Source of the DNA: Isurus oxyrinchus
Taxonomy: Eukaryota
Length of the DNA stretch: 64,000 bases
Direction: 5' to 3'
NCBI GenBank assembly: GCA_026770705.1
Contig: JANJGN010000036.1
Location: 806,001-870,000 of the forward strand
Part shown: in pieces, positions 51,010-64,000 of the stretch
How the letters are laid out: the number at the start of each line of letters is the position of its first letter
Numbering within the stretch: position 1 is the stretch's first letter
Position numbers and translations under genes: made by a program
Notes under the pieces: generated by a model
Told to the model about the DNA's origin: nothing
Databases searched by the model: none
What the model saw: only the letters and a program-made list of their open reading frames with translations

Positions 51010-54000
51010 TTGGAGAGGAAAGAGGGGGAGAGCTCACAGTCTGTTTCCCGAAAATGACGTGTTGCAGTAAGCTTCCATTGTTGGGCGGGAAGGTCCGAAA
51101 CTCCAAACGACGCTAACTAAGGCGCATTATCGGCACAATTTTGTGATGTCGCCCAAAGCGGGAACTGAGTTACCTCATAATGTTCGCTTTCCAAACAATG
51201 AAATATGACTTGCAGTTTCAGCCAGCTCTCCAAGTTTCTCTTATCTGGTATTAGTGTTTATTATTGCATTCTGCATCTTTATTCAGTATGTCAACAAGAT
51301 ATCATTCAAACAGGTTTAACAATGTATCTGTGCTCGAGTTACGTACATAAAACCATTAAATAACAATGACAGCTCCATGCTTTGTTTTTTTTTATCATTC
51401 AGGCCAGATACGCTCAGGGTATCTCTGAGGCCAATATACAAATACATTTATAGAGGGAATGTTGCAGGACAGAAGCAGGGCTAAGGGCCGACAGGTATTG
51501 GATGGCGAATTAGGCTGCATTGTTATGAAAGCTGCAGTGTTAGTGAACCCTGAGTCCTCACTGGTTGTGTCCTGGGAGGGAATAATGTTACTTTTACTCT
51601 TGAAAAAAAATATTTACAATTCTGCCGCCCTTTTGCTAATGCAGTTGAGCCCATTTTACCGACTAAAATCACTGGTTCGAAGATACTTACAGCACAGGAG
51701 GAGGTAATTCGGCCCGTCACGCCTGTGCCTGCTTTTTGGATATGCACTTTAGTCTAATAATTCGCAAACATGAATACAATTCCCTCCTCACATTCAAATG
51801 TCAGTCTAACGCTTGAGTAAATTTGAGGTAATGTTTCACTGAGGTGATATAATCTATTTCCATGACATCTTTTATTTCATCAACGTTAAAAAGCTGGCCT
51901 GGAATCCGATGCAGTACTGATCAATGGATATCTGGTTTGCAGAGTGTCTTCTGATTCCTCTTCGTAGCAGATAGAAACATTCCCAAATTAATACTGACTT
52001 ATTCTGCTGTAAAGACTCATTGTGCACAGATATTTCGAGAGTATTTCTAGACACTTATTACAAGGTGAATGTGGAAAAAGTCATTCTGCTAAACACAGTT
52101 CAACCGTCCTTCAGGTTTCTGTCATCCTCAACCTGCAGGAAAACAACTGCTTCCTTAAAAAATATCAGAGAGCTTTGCAAGAGCATCCGTATACTACCTA
52201 CCCACAGAGCCATTCCTGGTGCTGATCATTCTGCGTGTCATCGACCTCCATGGATCAGTCCTCGTAATATCTTGAACTATTAATTCCAGGGGCGCATTGG
52301 AGCCAATCAGTCCCTCTGGTTGGATTTGGCATTCGATCTGGTCATGGCTGAATTTAGGAAATTGAGATAGTGTATGTACGTTCTCTGAGTGTTTGTGTTT
52401 TTTAATTATAAGGTACATCTTTCAGTTTAAGTTTTATTGCTATATTTTTTCTATTTTTCGATTAAAATGTGAAACCTGGGATCTAGTTTAATTTTTGAAT
52501 GGAGGCAGCAGGACAAAAGCTGTGTTTGTTTTCTGGTGCTTGTAATGACGTTTATGACTCTTGAAGAGAGCGTAAAACAACCACAAGAGTAGAAAAACGG
52601 TGTTGTTGCCGAGCAATAGGGGCGCAGGGAGGGAGTCTCTCACACAGAGGAGCACACATATACAAACACACACGCACACACACATATACAAAGAACACAT
52701 AGAGAGAGAGAGAGAGAGAGAGAGCAGTTTGAGTTCACTTGAAAGCAGCTGCCAACGGGAGGATGGAGATCAGAGATAGCAAGTTGTAATCTGAAGTTGA
52801 AGCCAAGACTCCAGATAAGCAGTCTACTGGGAGACGGGACTGAAGAGAACAGGTTTCCCAAAAGAACCGACAGGTTCCAAGCCCAAGGAGTGAGACAAAA
52901 ACGGGGCAAATTCACAAAGATACGTTCCAGTTAAACGAAAGACAGGGACCGGGTGTAAAATTGATTGGATATGCGGACATTCACACTTTACCATGCAAAG
53001 CTCCCTGGGGATTCACTGAAAGAAGCTTTGCTCAAGCTGCACCTAAGCCTCATCTCCTCAAGTATAAAAAAGGGCAGATGCCAGTGAGGGAGTAACACCA
53101 TTAGGCACTCTCTCTGCTACCACCAGAGAAGGTGGTTCATGAACTGAATGATCCAATTCAGATGCAAGTTTGAGTATTCTTAAAATGAATCATTACTCTG
53201 CTCGGAGAGTATTTGACAGGAAATAGTTAATGAGTCCTTCAGAAACAAAATTAAACTGGTTTGAAATGTATAATAACGGATTCAAATATTTTAATGATGG
53301 ATTTGTGAACTTTAGCCGTTTATCACACTCTGACAGTATTCACTGGTATAATTTATTCTTCAAAATAAATCAGATAGAAGGTGTTATAAATGTGTTGCCC
53401 AAAATATTGTCTTAAATGTTAGACGTGGATTATTCGGCGAGTGAATGTGATTTACTCATATTCCACCGATGTTGGATATCTGGATGATTCAGGATATCCA
53501 AACATGCAGGTTAATGGAGAGGAGGCTGAATGGTTTGCATCGGGTCACGGAATTGTTGGCTCCGGTTTCGAGGTTATAACTATCAGGAAAGATTGAACAG
53601 GCCGGGTGCTCCTTTCTCTAGGAAAGTGGAGGCTGAGGGGATGACCTCATAGAGGTCTTCAAAATTAAAAACATGTTCGATACGGTAGACATAAAGAAGA
53701 TATTCCCAACTGTGGGAGAGAGACCAGAACTAGGGACATCCAATATAACAAAATCACCAATAAATCCAATCAGGAATGCAGGAGAGCCATTTTTACTCCT
53801 ACGTTGCGGAGAATGTGAAACTCGCTCGCACAGGGCGTGGTCGAAGTGCATCACCGGGATGCATTTAAGGAGGAATCAGTAATAACACACGAGGTGTGAG
53901 GGATAGAGGACATGTTGATATTGTGTGATGAAGGGGCGATAGGCGCAAGATCCTGTGCAGCAGAAACAACCTCACAGAGCAGATGGCCGATTCTCCACTG

Positions 54001-56539
54001 ATCCACAGGAATAGATTTGACACAAAGAGGCAGGCGGGAAGGCAATTGTGGGTGAAGATGTTATTAAAATAATAGCGAAACATGCTAGTTTCTTTTTTAA
54101 ATCTGGCGTGTTTTTGCTGCAATACGAATAAATTCATGTTGTCTCGGTGAATTAAACAGAACACTCCGAATGAGGGACATTTCCACTCTGCCCACGCGAA
54201 TGTCATAAGCGGTAACGTGGTTGAATTCAGCACCACTGTCTTTTGTCTCCAGTTTGCACCAGCCTGGACTGTGCACCGCCTGTGACGCGTGTTTACCACG
54301 ATCTGCAGCGTGTTGCCCTTTGCAGGCAGAGCCGTGTGTGGTCTTCTAACCTGTAAACAGGAAATCCTCAGCTAAAACGTACACAAGCTGATTTTTCCAG
54401 TGCGCTATTTTTAAATGTTGCACGTAATTTTCGCAAAATGTGCTATTTTCACCAGGTCTTCCGAACCCGGGGCCGAGAACAGAGGCACCCGAGCGAAGAG
54501 ATGGTGAAAATCTCACAGAAGCTGGCCCGGGATCGGAGACCGAGAGCTTCTTAATACCCTGTGCGTTGCTGCGTCTGTTTGCAGGTTTGTGCCTTCTTCA
54601 CTCCTCATTCAGGATGGTTTAAGACTGTTATAGTCAGCGAAGTAGAAAATTATCCCCATGCCTATATTCTGTAATATTAGCTTCATGTTGAAAAACCGAG
54701 TTATGTCCTCCTGATGCAAATTGATCACATACCAACATTCTCCAATCTATCGGATGGGATGTTCAAACGAGATCCTTTGTTTGCCTCTTTCGGGTGCAAA
54801 ACGTCCCAGGGCCACTATTAGCAGAGGAACGGAGGGGGCGGCGGAGCTCCCCCCGTGTCCCTGGGGCCAACACTTATCCTCCAACCAACATAATTAAAAC
54901 ACGAACTGGTTCATCATCACTTTGTTATTTGTGGGTCCTGATGTGCGCAGTTAAAGCTGCCGCGTTTCCTACATAACAACAGAGACTAACTTCAAAGAAA
55001 CTCCTTCATTGCTACTGATGCGCCTCTTTCTCCCTCTTGCTCCTGTTATTGTTTCAAATTTAACCCTCAATGTTTGACTTCGTTAGCATTTATTAACGAG
55101 TGGATGGTCTATTATATATTTTACTGTTATAGCCGATTCGCCATGGCAAGTGTTTACTCCTTCCCTGCCAAAACAGTATCCATAGTGTTGATTTTGTACC
55201 TCTGAGTTATTGCACCTCAGGCAGCTTTGTGCCAGGCTCTGGAAGGTCAGAGTCTGTCGCTCGGAAGTGCCTACAAGATGCATTGTGACACGGCTTAGTT
55301 GGCGGTGGTGGGGTTGGGGCTTTGGGTTTGCTGCTGGTGCGGTGCGGGGGGAGGTCCACTGGTGTAAGCGGAACCATCGCAGACATCTGCAAATGGTTCC
55401 ACATCTACGCCATGACAGAATGCATCTCTCGAGCCGGGATATATTCGGAAGAAGGTAACCAGAATCCACACGTTATTCTCTCAATATTGCACGTGTCCAG
55501 GCCCCTGATTCGGTCATGTATTACAGTGCAGCTAAGGAGCTCAGTGGTATGTCCTTTACGTTTGGAAATGGTTCAAAGTTGCTTATCACAGGCATAAATT
55601 CGGATAGCTTAACACATTGCACCATCAATAACCAGGAAGTTATGGTCGATGGTGATGGAATCTTAAGGCCCGGCTCTGCAAACTTCTCCAATAATCGATC
55701 ATTTAACTCCGCCTCCAGCTGAAATTCTCTCGTCGTAAAGTGTCCCTTCGGTCTGTTTGGTGAAGACTGTGGGCTTCGAATCCTTTTCCGTTCACTGGAA
55801 TATTTCCGGGAGGGGAACCGAGGGACAGAGCGATTCCAGGAAAATTGAGCCGGATGGTACATGCACCATGAGGAGTTTCATAATTCCCTGCATGGAAACG
55901 TGAAGCAGCAGAGCTCTCTGTACTTGCGCTGTGCCAATCAACTCCAGTGAAAATCATTCAAGTGAAAGTGTCTCAGCTCAGTGAAGTAGATATTAACAGT
56001 TACCTTGTACATTTTATTTGCGGCCAATTTGTTACCAATAGTTATTCGTATATCAGAACTCCCACTTTCTATGTGTCCATGTATCATTTTCTGAGCCCTT
56101 ACCCTCTTCGTATATATCTCATCGTTTTAGTGTTTAGCTTTCTAAATTTTAAGTCCAACTGTATAGTTGGCATAAAAGGGTACGGAGGGAGATAAAATAT
56201 TTTGACATGTCAATGACTAAATACATCCCAATTTCCTATTTACTATTTTCTCTCTCGATTGCTCTAAGTCATGACCTGTTTTCCATCGAGCTTCCAGCAC
56301 AGAAACAGAGCCTTCAGCCCTTAGAATCGGCGCTGGTGTTTCTGCTCCATGCGAACATCCTCCAAACCCATCTTCATCTCAGCCCACCTACATACCCTTC
56401 TGTTCATTTCTCTCTCATGTCCTTATACAGCGAGACCCATCAACACATCGCAGCATGGATGATCAAGGGGAACATAACACCGTGGTACAGGGTGCCATTC
56501 AAGTGGGGGTGGGGGGGGGGAGCGGGGAGGATGGAGTGA

Positions 56540-59500
56540 TAAATTAGAAATCCAGCTGTAATCCGGGACAGTATAATTAGGGGAATGGATATTGTTCCCA
56601 GTAGCCAGGATGGAGAGTCCTGAAGGCTGTGTTGCCTACCTGGTGCCAGGGTTAAGGGTGTCTCATCTCAACTAATCTGGGCTGCAGTCAAACTTGGAGT
56701 GGAGGCGGAAAGATCCAGTTGTCGTGTACTAGCTAAGTACCAATGATATAGATCGAATGAGGAAAGCAGTTCTGCTGAGAGAATACGAGCAGCTAGGGGC
56801 TAAATCAAAAAGCAGGATCAAAAAGGTAATAATCTCTGGACTACTACCTGAGCCACGAGCTAATTGGCGCAGAGTCAATAAGGTTAAAGAGGTAAATGCG
56901 TGGCTCAAAGATTGGTGTGGCTTTAGTTGGTTTGCATTCATGTGTCATTGGCACCAGTACTGGGGAAAGAGGGAGCTATTATGTTCGGACAGTCTCCACT
57001 TGAATTTTGCTGTTACCAGTGTCCTGGCGAATCACATAGCTCCGGTTGTAGATAGGGCTTTAAACTAAATAGGGAGGGGGGAGGTTCAGTTACATGGATA
57101 TAGAAAAAATCAAAGTTTAAGGAAAGTGTAAGAGTGCAGGTTAGTGACGAGGCTGATTGTTACCAAAAAGTCAAGCGAAGGGACAAAAAGTGTGAATGAC
57201 AAATTGCACCAAAGAATCATATAAGGGTAGGGAAAATTGACAATAAGTCAAATTTAAAGGCTTTGTATCTGAATGCGTGGAGCATTCAGAATAAAACTAA
57301 TGAGTTAACATCAGAAATGCAGATAAATAGATACGATCTGATGGTGATTACTGAGACATGGTTATAGGGAAAGCAGGTTTGGGAGTTGAATATCCAAGGG
57401 CACTCAGTGTTTTGGTAGGATAGGCAGAAAGGAAAATGAAGTGTTGTATCTTTGTTAGTAAAGGAAGAGATCAGTGCTATAGTGAGGAATGGTGTAGGCA
57501 CTGAAGGGCAAGATATGGAATCAGTCCGGGTAGAAATAAGAAATAGCAAGGGTAGGAAACCCTGGTGGCAGTAATCTATAGGTCCCCAAAAAGTATTCGT
57601 GCAGTAGGGCAAAGTGCAAACCAGGAAATACTGGGAGCATGTGATAAAGGCAAGGCAATAATCGTGGTTGATATTAATATGCATATAGACTGGCCTAATC
57701 AAATGGGCAAGGTAGTTTCGAGGGAGATTTCATAGAGTGTATTAGAGACTGTTTCTTGGAGCAATATGTTGTGAAAGCAACCAGGAAGCAGGCTATTCTG
57801 GGTTTGGTTTTGTGTAATGAGATGGGATTAATTAATAATCTCATAGTAAAGAGTGATCATAGCACGCTAGAATTTCAAGTTCAGTTTGAGAGCGAAAAAC
57901 GTGAGTCACACACTAGTGTCCTGGAGTTCAACAAAGGTAACTGCATAGGCATGACGACAGATTTGGCCCTAGTGGACTGAGGAAGAAACTACAATGAAGG
58001 ACAGTTGATGAAAAGTGGCAGATATATAACGAGATATTCAATTCCTTCCAAGCAAAATATATTACAAAAAGGAAGAAAGATGTTAAGAGGGGGGAAAGCA
58101 CTCATGGCAAAACAAGGAGGCTAAAGATAACATAAAGGCAAAAACTAAGGCATACCAATTTGCAAAGGTCAGTGGCAGGCTGGAAGATTTTAAACATCAA
58201 CAAAGGGTTACTAAAAAAGTATAATAAAAAGAGCAAAGGTAAATTATGAAATAAAACTAGAGCAAAATGTATAAACTGATAGCAAAAGCTTCGACAACTA
58301 TATAAAAGGAAAGGCATTAGCTAAATTGAATGTTGGCCCCTCCGATGATGAGATTCGGGAGTTAATAGTGGGGAATGCAGAAATGGCAAAGACGCTTAAT
58401 CAACATTTTGCCTCTGTTTTCACGGTGGAGGACACTCATACCACCGCAATGGGAACAGGTAGTGCAGAGGGTATAGAGAACGAAGAACTTAGAACAATCA
58501 ACATCACTAGAGAAAAATTACTGAGCAAACTATTGGGATTAAAAGATGACAAGTCCCCTGGACCTGATGGCCTACATCCCAGTGTCTTAAAGGAAGTGGC
58601 AACGGAGATAATGGAGGCATTGGGTATATTATTCCAACATTCTCTGGATTCTGTAAAGGTTCCAGTGGATTGAAAAAAAATGCGACTATAATGCCCTTAT
58701 TCGGAAACGTTGTGGGAGGGGTGGGGGGGGGGGGGTGATAGAGCGGAGAAGCATAAAGTACAGAACTGTAGACCAGTTAGTTTAACGTCTGTTGTTGGAA
58801 AATTGTTGGAATCCATTATTAAGGACGTAGTAATGGGGCATTTGGAAAGTCAAAATGCAATCCATTAGAGTCAGCATGGTTTTATGAAGAGTAACTCGTG
58901 TTTGACGAATTTGCCAGAGTTCTTTGAAGATGTGACAAGCAAGGTGGATAATGGATATCTTGTACAAAAACAGAATTACCTGGAAAAACTCAGCAGGTCT
59001 GGCAGCATCGGCGGAGAAGAAAAGAGTTGACGTTTCGAGGACTCGAAACATCAACTCTGTTCTTCTCCGCTGATGCTGCCAGATCTGCTGAGTTTTTCCA
59101 GGTAATTCTGTTTTTGTTTTGGATTTCCAGCATCCGCAGTTTTCTTTGTTTTTATATCAATGGATATCTTGTATATGTTATACGTCTGGGATTCCAGAAG
59201 GCCTTTGATAAGGTGCCGCACAAAAGATTAGTACACAAGATAAGATCACACGGAGGTAGGGATAATATATTAGCTTGGTTGGAGGATTGGCTTACGAACA
59301 GAAAGCAGAGAGCCGGGTCAAATGGGTCTTTTTCTGGATGGCAAGCTGTAACTAGTAGAGTGCGTGAGGGTTCGGTCCTTGGGCCCCGACTGTTTACAAA
59401 CTAATGACTTGGATTCACGGATAGAAGGTACGATGGCTAAATTTGCAGATGACACCAAAATAGGTGGGAAAGTAAGTTGCAATGAAGAAATAAGAAATTT

Positions 59501-60365
59501 GCAAATGTATATGGATAGGTTCGGTGAATGGGCCAAAAGTTGGCAAATAGAGTTTAACGTGGATAATTGTGAGGTTGTCCATTTTGGTCGGAACAATACA
59601 AAGGCGATGTATTCTTTAAATAGAGAGAAATTTCGCAATGCTGCAGTGCAGAGGGATCCGGGTGTCCTCGTGCATGATTCACTGAAAGCTTGTTTGCAGG
59701 TAATAAGGAAGACAAATTGAGTTTTGGCATTTATTGCCACAGGAATAGAATACAAAAATAGGGAAGTATTGTTCCAACCGTACAAGGCATTGGTGAGACC
59801 GGAAGTGGAGTATTGTGCACAGTTCTGGTCCACTGACTTGGGAAAGGATGTAATATTATTGGAGACACTTCAGAGGATGTTCACGAGATTATTTCCAGAG
59901 ATGCGGGGCTGGCCTTATGAAGAGAGATTGAACAGTTTAGGTTTATACTTGCTAGAGTTTAGATGGACGAGAGGAGACCAAATAGAGGCATATAAGCTTC
60001 TAAACTGAATAGACAAAGTAGAGGTGGAGCGGATGTTTCCCCTTGTAGGACATTCTAGAACGAGAGGCCATAGTTTTAGGCTAAGCGGTGGCAGATTTAA
60101 ATCAGAGATGAGGAGGAATTACTTTTCTCAAAGGGTCATGAATCTTGGGAATTCACTACCTCGTTGTTCCATTGGTGCCAGAACGCTGAATAATTATAGG
60201 GAGGAGATAGACAGCTTTTAATTAGCCACAGGTTGAAAGGTTATGGGGGAAGAGGGCGGGAAATTGGAGTTGACGCTGAAATGAGATCAGCCATGATCGT
60301 ATTGAATGGCGGGGCAGACTCCAGGGGCTGAATTGCCCACTCCTGCTTTTAGTTGTTATGTTCTG
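56540..60365 (+). mobile_element. Near full-length degenerate CR1 LINE (ORF1 SGNH esterase; ORF2 APE endonuclease and RT) in the A2 C1-TM intron
   Basis: ORF1: GDSIIRG, CLPGARV, STNDI, VIISGLLP, DSLHLN. ORF2: LYLNAWSIQNK, ITETWL, KSPGPDGLHP, FQKAFDKVPH, GSVLGP, FADDTKIG, RTRGH, RRNYFSQRV, followed by the CR1 3' tail. Confidence 0.92.
58965..59158. mobile_element. Palindromic Penelope-tail-derived insertion in the CR1 with a 15-bp TSD
   Basis: Near-perfect inverted arms (caaaaacagaattacctggaaaaactcagc..gttgacgtttcgag|gactcgaaacatcaac..gctgagtttttccaggtaattctgtttttg). TSD aatggatatcttgta at 58950-58964 and 59159-59173. Confidence 0.88.
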
Positions 60366-61319
60366 TAATTCACCTCAACCTCTCCCTGTGGGAACGAGCT
60401 TCACATTCTGCCTGCTGGCTGGATAAAGAGGTTTCTCCTGAATTCTCGAATGGATTTATTGGTGACTCTCTGGTATTGACGTCTTCTAGTTCTGGCCTCC
60501 CCTAAAATATGCTAATACCTTAACTACGCCTGCCCAGAAATCCCTGTCATTGTCTTAATCAGGTCACCCCGCAATCTTCTCCTTTTTTGAAAAATAGAAG
60601 ACAGCCTGTTCAAACTTTCCTCACTGTTATAACATCTCAGTTTGCTGACATTCCAGTAATCATATTTTTTTTGCACCTTCCCCTGTGCTTCTATATTGTT
60701 TTCTATGATATGGAGACCAGAAATATTCACAGGACGCTAAATGTAGTCAAGCTATGTTTTGATACATGTTTAGTATCGCCTTTCTCCTTTTCAATTCTGG
60801 GCCTGTTTTTTTTTATGGCTGTATTAACCTCTGTCATCACTTTGAATGATTTTTGTGTCTATACCTCAGAATCCGCTGCTCCTCTATCCGATTTAAACTC
60901 TTGTTTTCAAGTGAGTGTGTGGCCCAAACCCTGTCACTATGTCTAACCCAAACCCCAATCCTTGTCCTTCCCAGCAAAACAGTCTCTCTCTAACTTTTCA
61001 TCCAAGGCAAAAGAAAGGAATTCACTGGATGAACTTAAGCTACTTAGCCTTTCATGCGTGGCGGACAAACACTTAGTATCAATTACTATACATGAAATTG
61101 GTGAGCATTTCTAAATAGATGGGTTCATTAAGAGCACCGAACACCGATTTGTGAATGTGTAGTCAAGCTTAACACATTTAATAGTGCTTGCTTTTTCAAG
61201 AATGGTCCGAGTGGACAGTTGAAAAGACTTCAGTAGATAAAACCTGTATGGAGTTCACAAGACCTTCATGTTTTATAAATTTACCTATGTCTTCTTCGCC
61301 TGCACCCGATCTTCTTTAT

Positions 61320-61329
61320 ATCTATCAAA

Positions 61330-61380
<51 letters not shown>

Positions 61381-61470
61381 ACTGTCTGTCTATCTATCTT
61401 TCGATGTATCTATCTATCTCTCTCTCTATCGTTATATAGATAATCGATCGAACTATCTACCTATCTATCT
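61320..61470. repeat. (TATC)n microsatellite; also (TA)n at 38763-38795 and 42255-42310, and CA-rich tracts at 21680-21900, 27820-27990 and 28790-28960
   Basis: Direct inspection. Confidence 0.9.
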
Positions 61471-64000
61471 ATGCGTCTCCCCCTCTCTCTATCATTCTCT
61501 CACACGCTGTCTATGTGACTGTCTCTCCATCTAGCCATCCATCTACCTTCAAATTTTTAAATCTGCTTTGCTTACCTAATCATTTTCAAAACTTTATTTT
61601 AATGTGCTTGGTGATGTTGGTGACAGTGACAAGACTAACTTGATTGCCCATTCCGAGCTGCCCCCTGTAGGTGGTGCTGGATCTCCTTGAACCTTGTGCA
61701 AGAGCCAAACGGCTTGGGTTGCAGGATTTGTTCTGAAAATTCTGGGAATGATCCTTGCGGCCATGTGAAGGTGTTGCAAGAAAAGGCAGTCAGGAAGAGA
61801 TTAGAGAGAGACCCTGTAACTCAGTGGCACTCTGAATGCATCCATTAATCACTGGGATTTTGGCACTTTCAGCTGCTTGAATGTCAAATGAGGCCATTTC
61901 GAACAAGTTTAAATTTCACTATCTAACAGGCAACATGAACAGTGATGCGGAAGTGTCACATTCCAGAGCAATGACACAAGGAAAGCCGGTAATGATGGAC
62001 AGAATTGTTTCCTAACATCTGTAAGTACATTTCACTGAATTATAATCTGAGGTTTAAAATTAATGGTTACTGTCATATGTGTCTAGGTGATTTTGCATAG
62101 TGCATACCACAAGATAACAATGTTTAACTGTCCTATAACAATGCGGCAATAGATGAAAATATAGGTAGGAATTCAATTCAATTCAAAATTGAGATTGATA
62201 AGCTTTTGATAGGTAAAGGGGATTTAGTGTTAGGGAACGAAGGAGGGGGATGGGGTTAAAATAAGTATAAGGACGAGGCTTATTGAATGGCAGAAGATGC
62301 TGGATGGGCCTCCTGATGATGGTATGGCTCCGATAGTTGTTTGTGTTTTCTCTTCCAGATTCTTTTTGCTCAGCTGGCGTTTAATGTGGATCCCACAGTC
62401 AGATTGCAAGCAATATTGAGGGCTCAAATTCTGCTTCCGGGCTATGACGCGTGATGGAAAGTTTCATCTGTTGAGTCCTTATTGGAGGAAAGCCTGGAGG
62501 TGTGACCATTTCCAAGAAACAGCCATCGTAAATACTGTTCCCAGCTGAATTCATATTTATCAATAATAACGAGCAATGTGGCCCGCCGATTCTTCACCTA
62601 CTGGACAGTCTTCAAGTCTGACAGAAGAGGCTCTATTTGAGGCCCAATTTGACTGTTAAAAAGTTTAGCTTTCTGTTGAGTCTAGATATGTTTCAATTTT
62701 CTTATGGTAGTGTTTGTAAGTACATTGTGCATCTTTGTGTAGCGCTTGAGCAGGAAAGAGCACATCAGTGTCCACGTTCGCAATGTATTAAACACATTTT
62801 GAAACGCAAGCATTGTATTTGGGAGTTCCAGCTGTTTGATTCCTCAGTGCAGGTGTGCTCATTGGATCTGCAATTGGAGGTTACAGGACAGCCTCATGGT
62901 CCAGATGTGTGCGGTTTAAAAATGGGCACAATGCGACAAGAATCATACCAGAACTGAGAGTTTATGATATCACTGATCAATTCGCCACAGAAGAGAAGAC
63001 TGAGGGGTGACCTGATGGCGATGATCAAAATTATGAAACGATTTCATACGTGGAGACGGAAAGAGAATGTTTCCCTTTGCAGGAAGAGCAGAAGTAAAGG
63101 CCGTGAACATTAGATATTCGCTAATAATTCCAATTGGGAATTCATGAATAATTACTTTCACAGGGGAAAGGAGAGAATGTGGAACTCGCAACCACTGCGA
63201 CTGTTTGTGGAAAATAGCTGAGATGCATTTAAGGGGGAAGTTGGATAAATACATCATGAATAACGGGACTGGAGAATATGTTGATGGGATGTAGAGGGTG
63301 TGGAAGGGGGCTCGTGTGGAGCATAAGCACCAGCAGAGAGCAGAGGGGCTGAATGGCCTGTTTTTGCTCTGAAAATTATTTTGAATTTTGTAAAGTAGAA
63401 AACATGAGAAGTGACTGAAAGCTGTTTGCTCTGAGGAGTTTCCATCCATAAAAGCATTTCTTCTTCACACTAAAATAAATAGTGAAATGTAAAATTGGAA
63501 TTCAAAAGAAGTTTCACCTACATGATCTAATAACTTTGCGTACACCTTCAATATTATAAACATTAAAAAATAAAGTTTGAGACCACTGCTTTTTAAGAAA
63601 CATCTTATGACTTCAACCAATGTTATTTGTTGAGCAAGAAAAATCCCAGAGGGAAATTTGGCTCACTGGTCATGTATATAGTTTTTCTATTTTGAAAAAG
63701 ATGGGAACCCTTTTATGATTCCTATATTAAAACATTTATTAACAAGGAGAAAAAAAACCCTCAATCATACAAGACTAAAATTATAGGGTTGAAGGAGTCT
63801 CACAAAGTATTTTTCCGAAAAATACACTTGCTTTTCAGAACACTCAAGTACACTGTTTGGAAGCAGTGCTCTTATGTAGTTTTAACCGTAAAAATACCGT
63901 AATATTACCCAAGGCAATACTTCTGCTACTTTAGTACAGTATGCCACACGACTTCTCATTCTCTTCCAGTCTGCTGTGGAAATCCAAATGGAGTTCAAAA

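Larger units (their letters stand above)
54539..62454 (+). pseudogene. Decayed paralogue A2 of the VJ-C1-TM receptor
   Basis: Leader-like exon ends 54584 (..FLIPCALLRLFA|gt) with no in-frame ATG nearby. VJ 55207-55591 has stops, a G-rich insertion, YYC>YYS, FGNGSKLLIT and a GC donor. C1 about 55690-55985 has stops (SVPSVCLV..VHWN..DGTCTMRS..CTC). TM remnant about 61670-61793. Cyt1 61930-61988 is 59 nt, as in A1. Cyt2 starts 62359 (ILFAQLAFNVDPTV; Tyr>Phe) and reads through to a stop at 62454. Confidence 0.85.

Noticed and set aside
52541-53097. Possible solo LTR (TG..CA, internal TATA)
   Set aside because: No target-site duplication or second copy is visible.

Overview
Repeat-rich vertebrate genomic DNA. 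The repeat complement (Penelope/GIY-YIG elements, CR1 LINEs, DeuSINE-like SINEs) suggests a cartilaginous fish such as a shark; this is an inference. The main content is a duplicated cluster of non-rearranging, antigen-receptor-like IgSF genes with a leader / germline-joined VJ / C1 / TM / tyrosine-motif tail layout, in two subfamilies. Type A (+ strand) has one fully intact 6-exon gene, A1 (45681-51009, 303 aa by manual splicing, FGNG J motif, membrane-proximal Cys, THYARL tail motif), one decayed copy A2 (about 54.5-62.5 kb) and the last exon of a third copy A0 at the window start. Type B (mostly - strand; V with an extra CxxxxC pair and an LQNG J-like strand) has pseudogenes B1 (5.05-9.36 kb) and B2 (42.3-43.3 kb, head-to-head with A1), an inverted TM-exon remnant at 12.1 kb and an orphan terminal exon at 21.1 kb. 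Two copies of a decayed minus-strand gene with an N-terminal ITIM (LKYMEL), possibly a type II C-type-lectin-like receptor, are interleaved. Mobile DNA includes a decayed Gmr1-type (integrase before RT) Gypsy provirus nested in a Penelope element, a near full-length CR1, several Penelope fragments in inverted pairs and an 84-bp minisatellite. All gene models were spliced by eye and no database searches were run.
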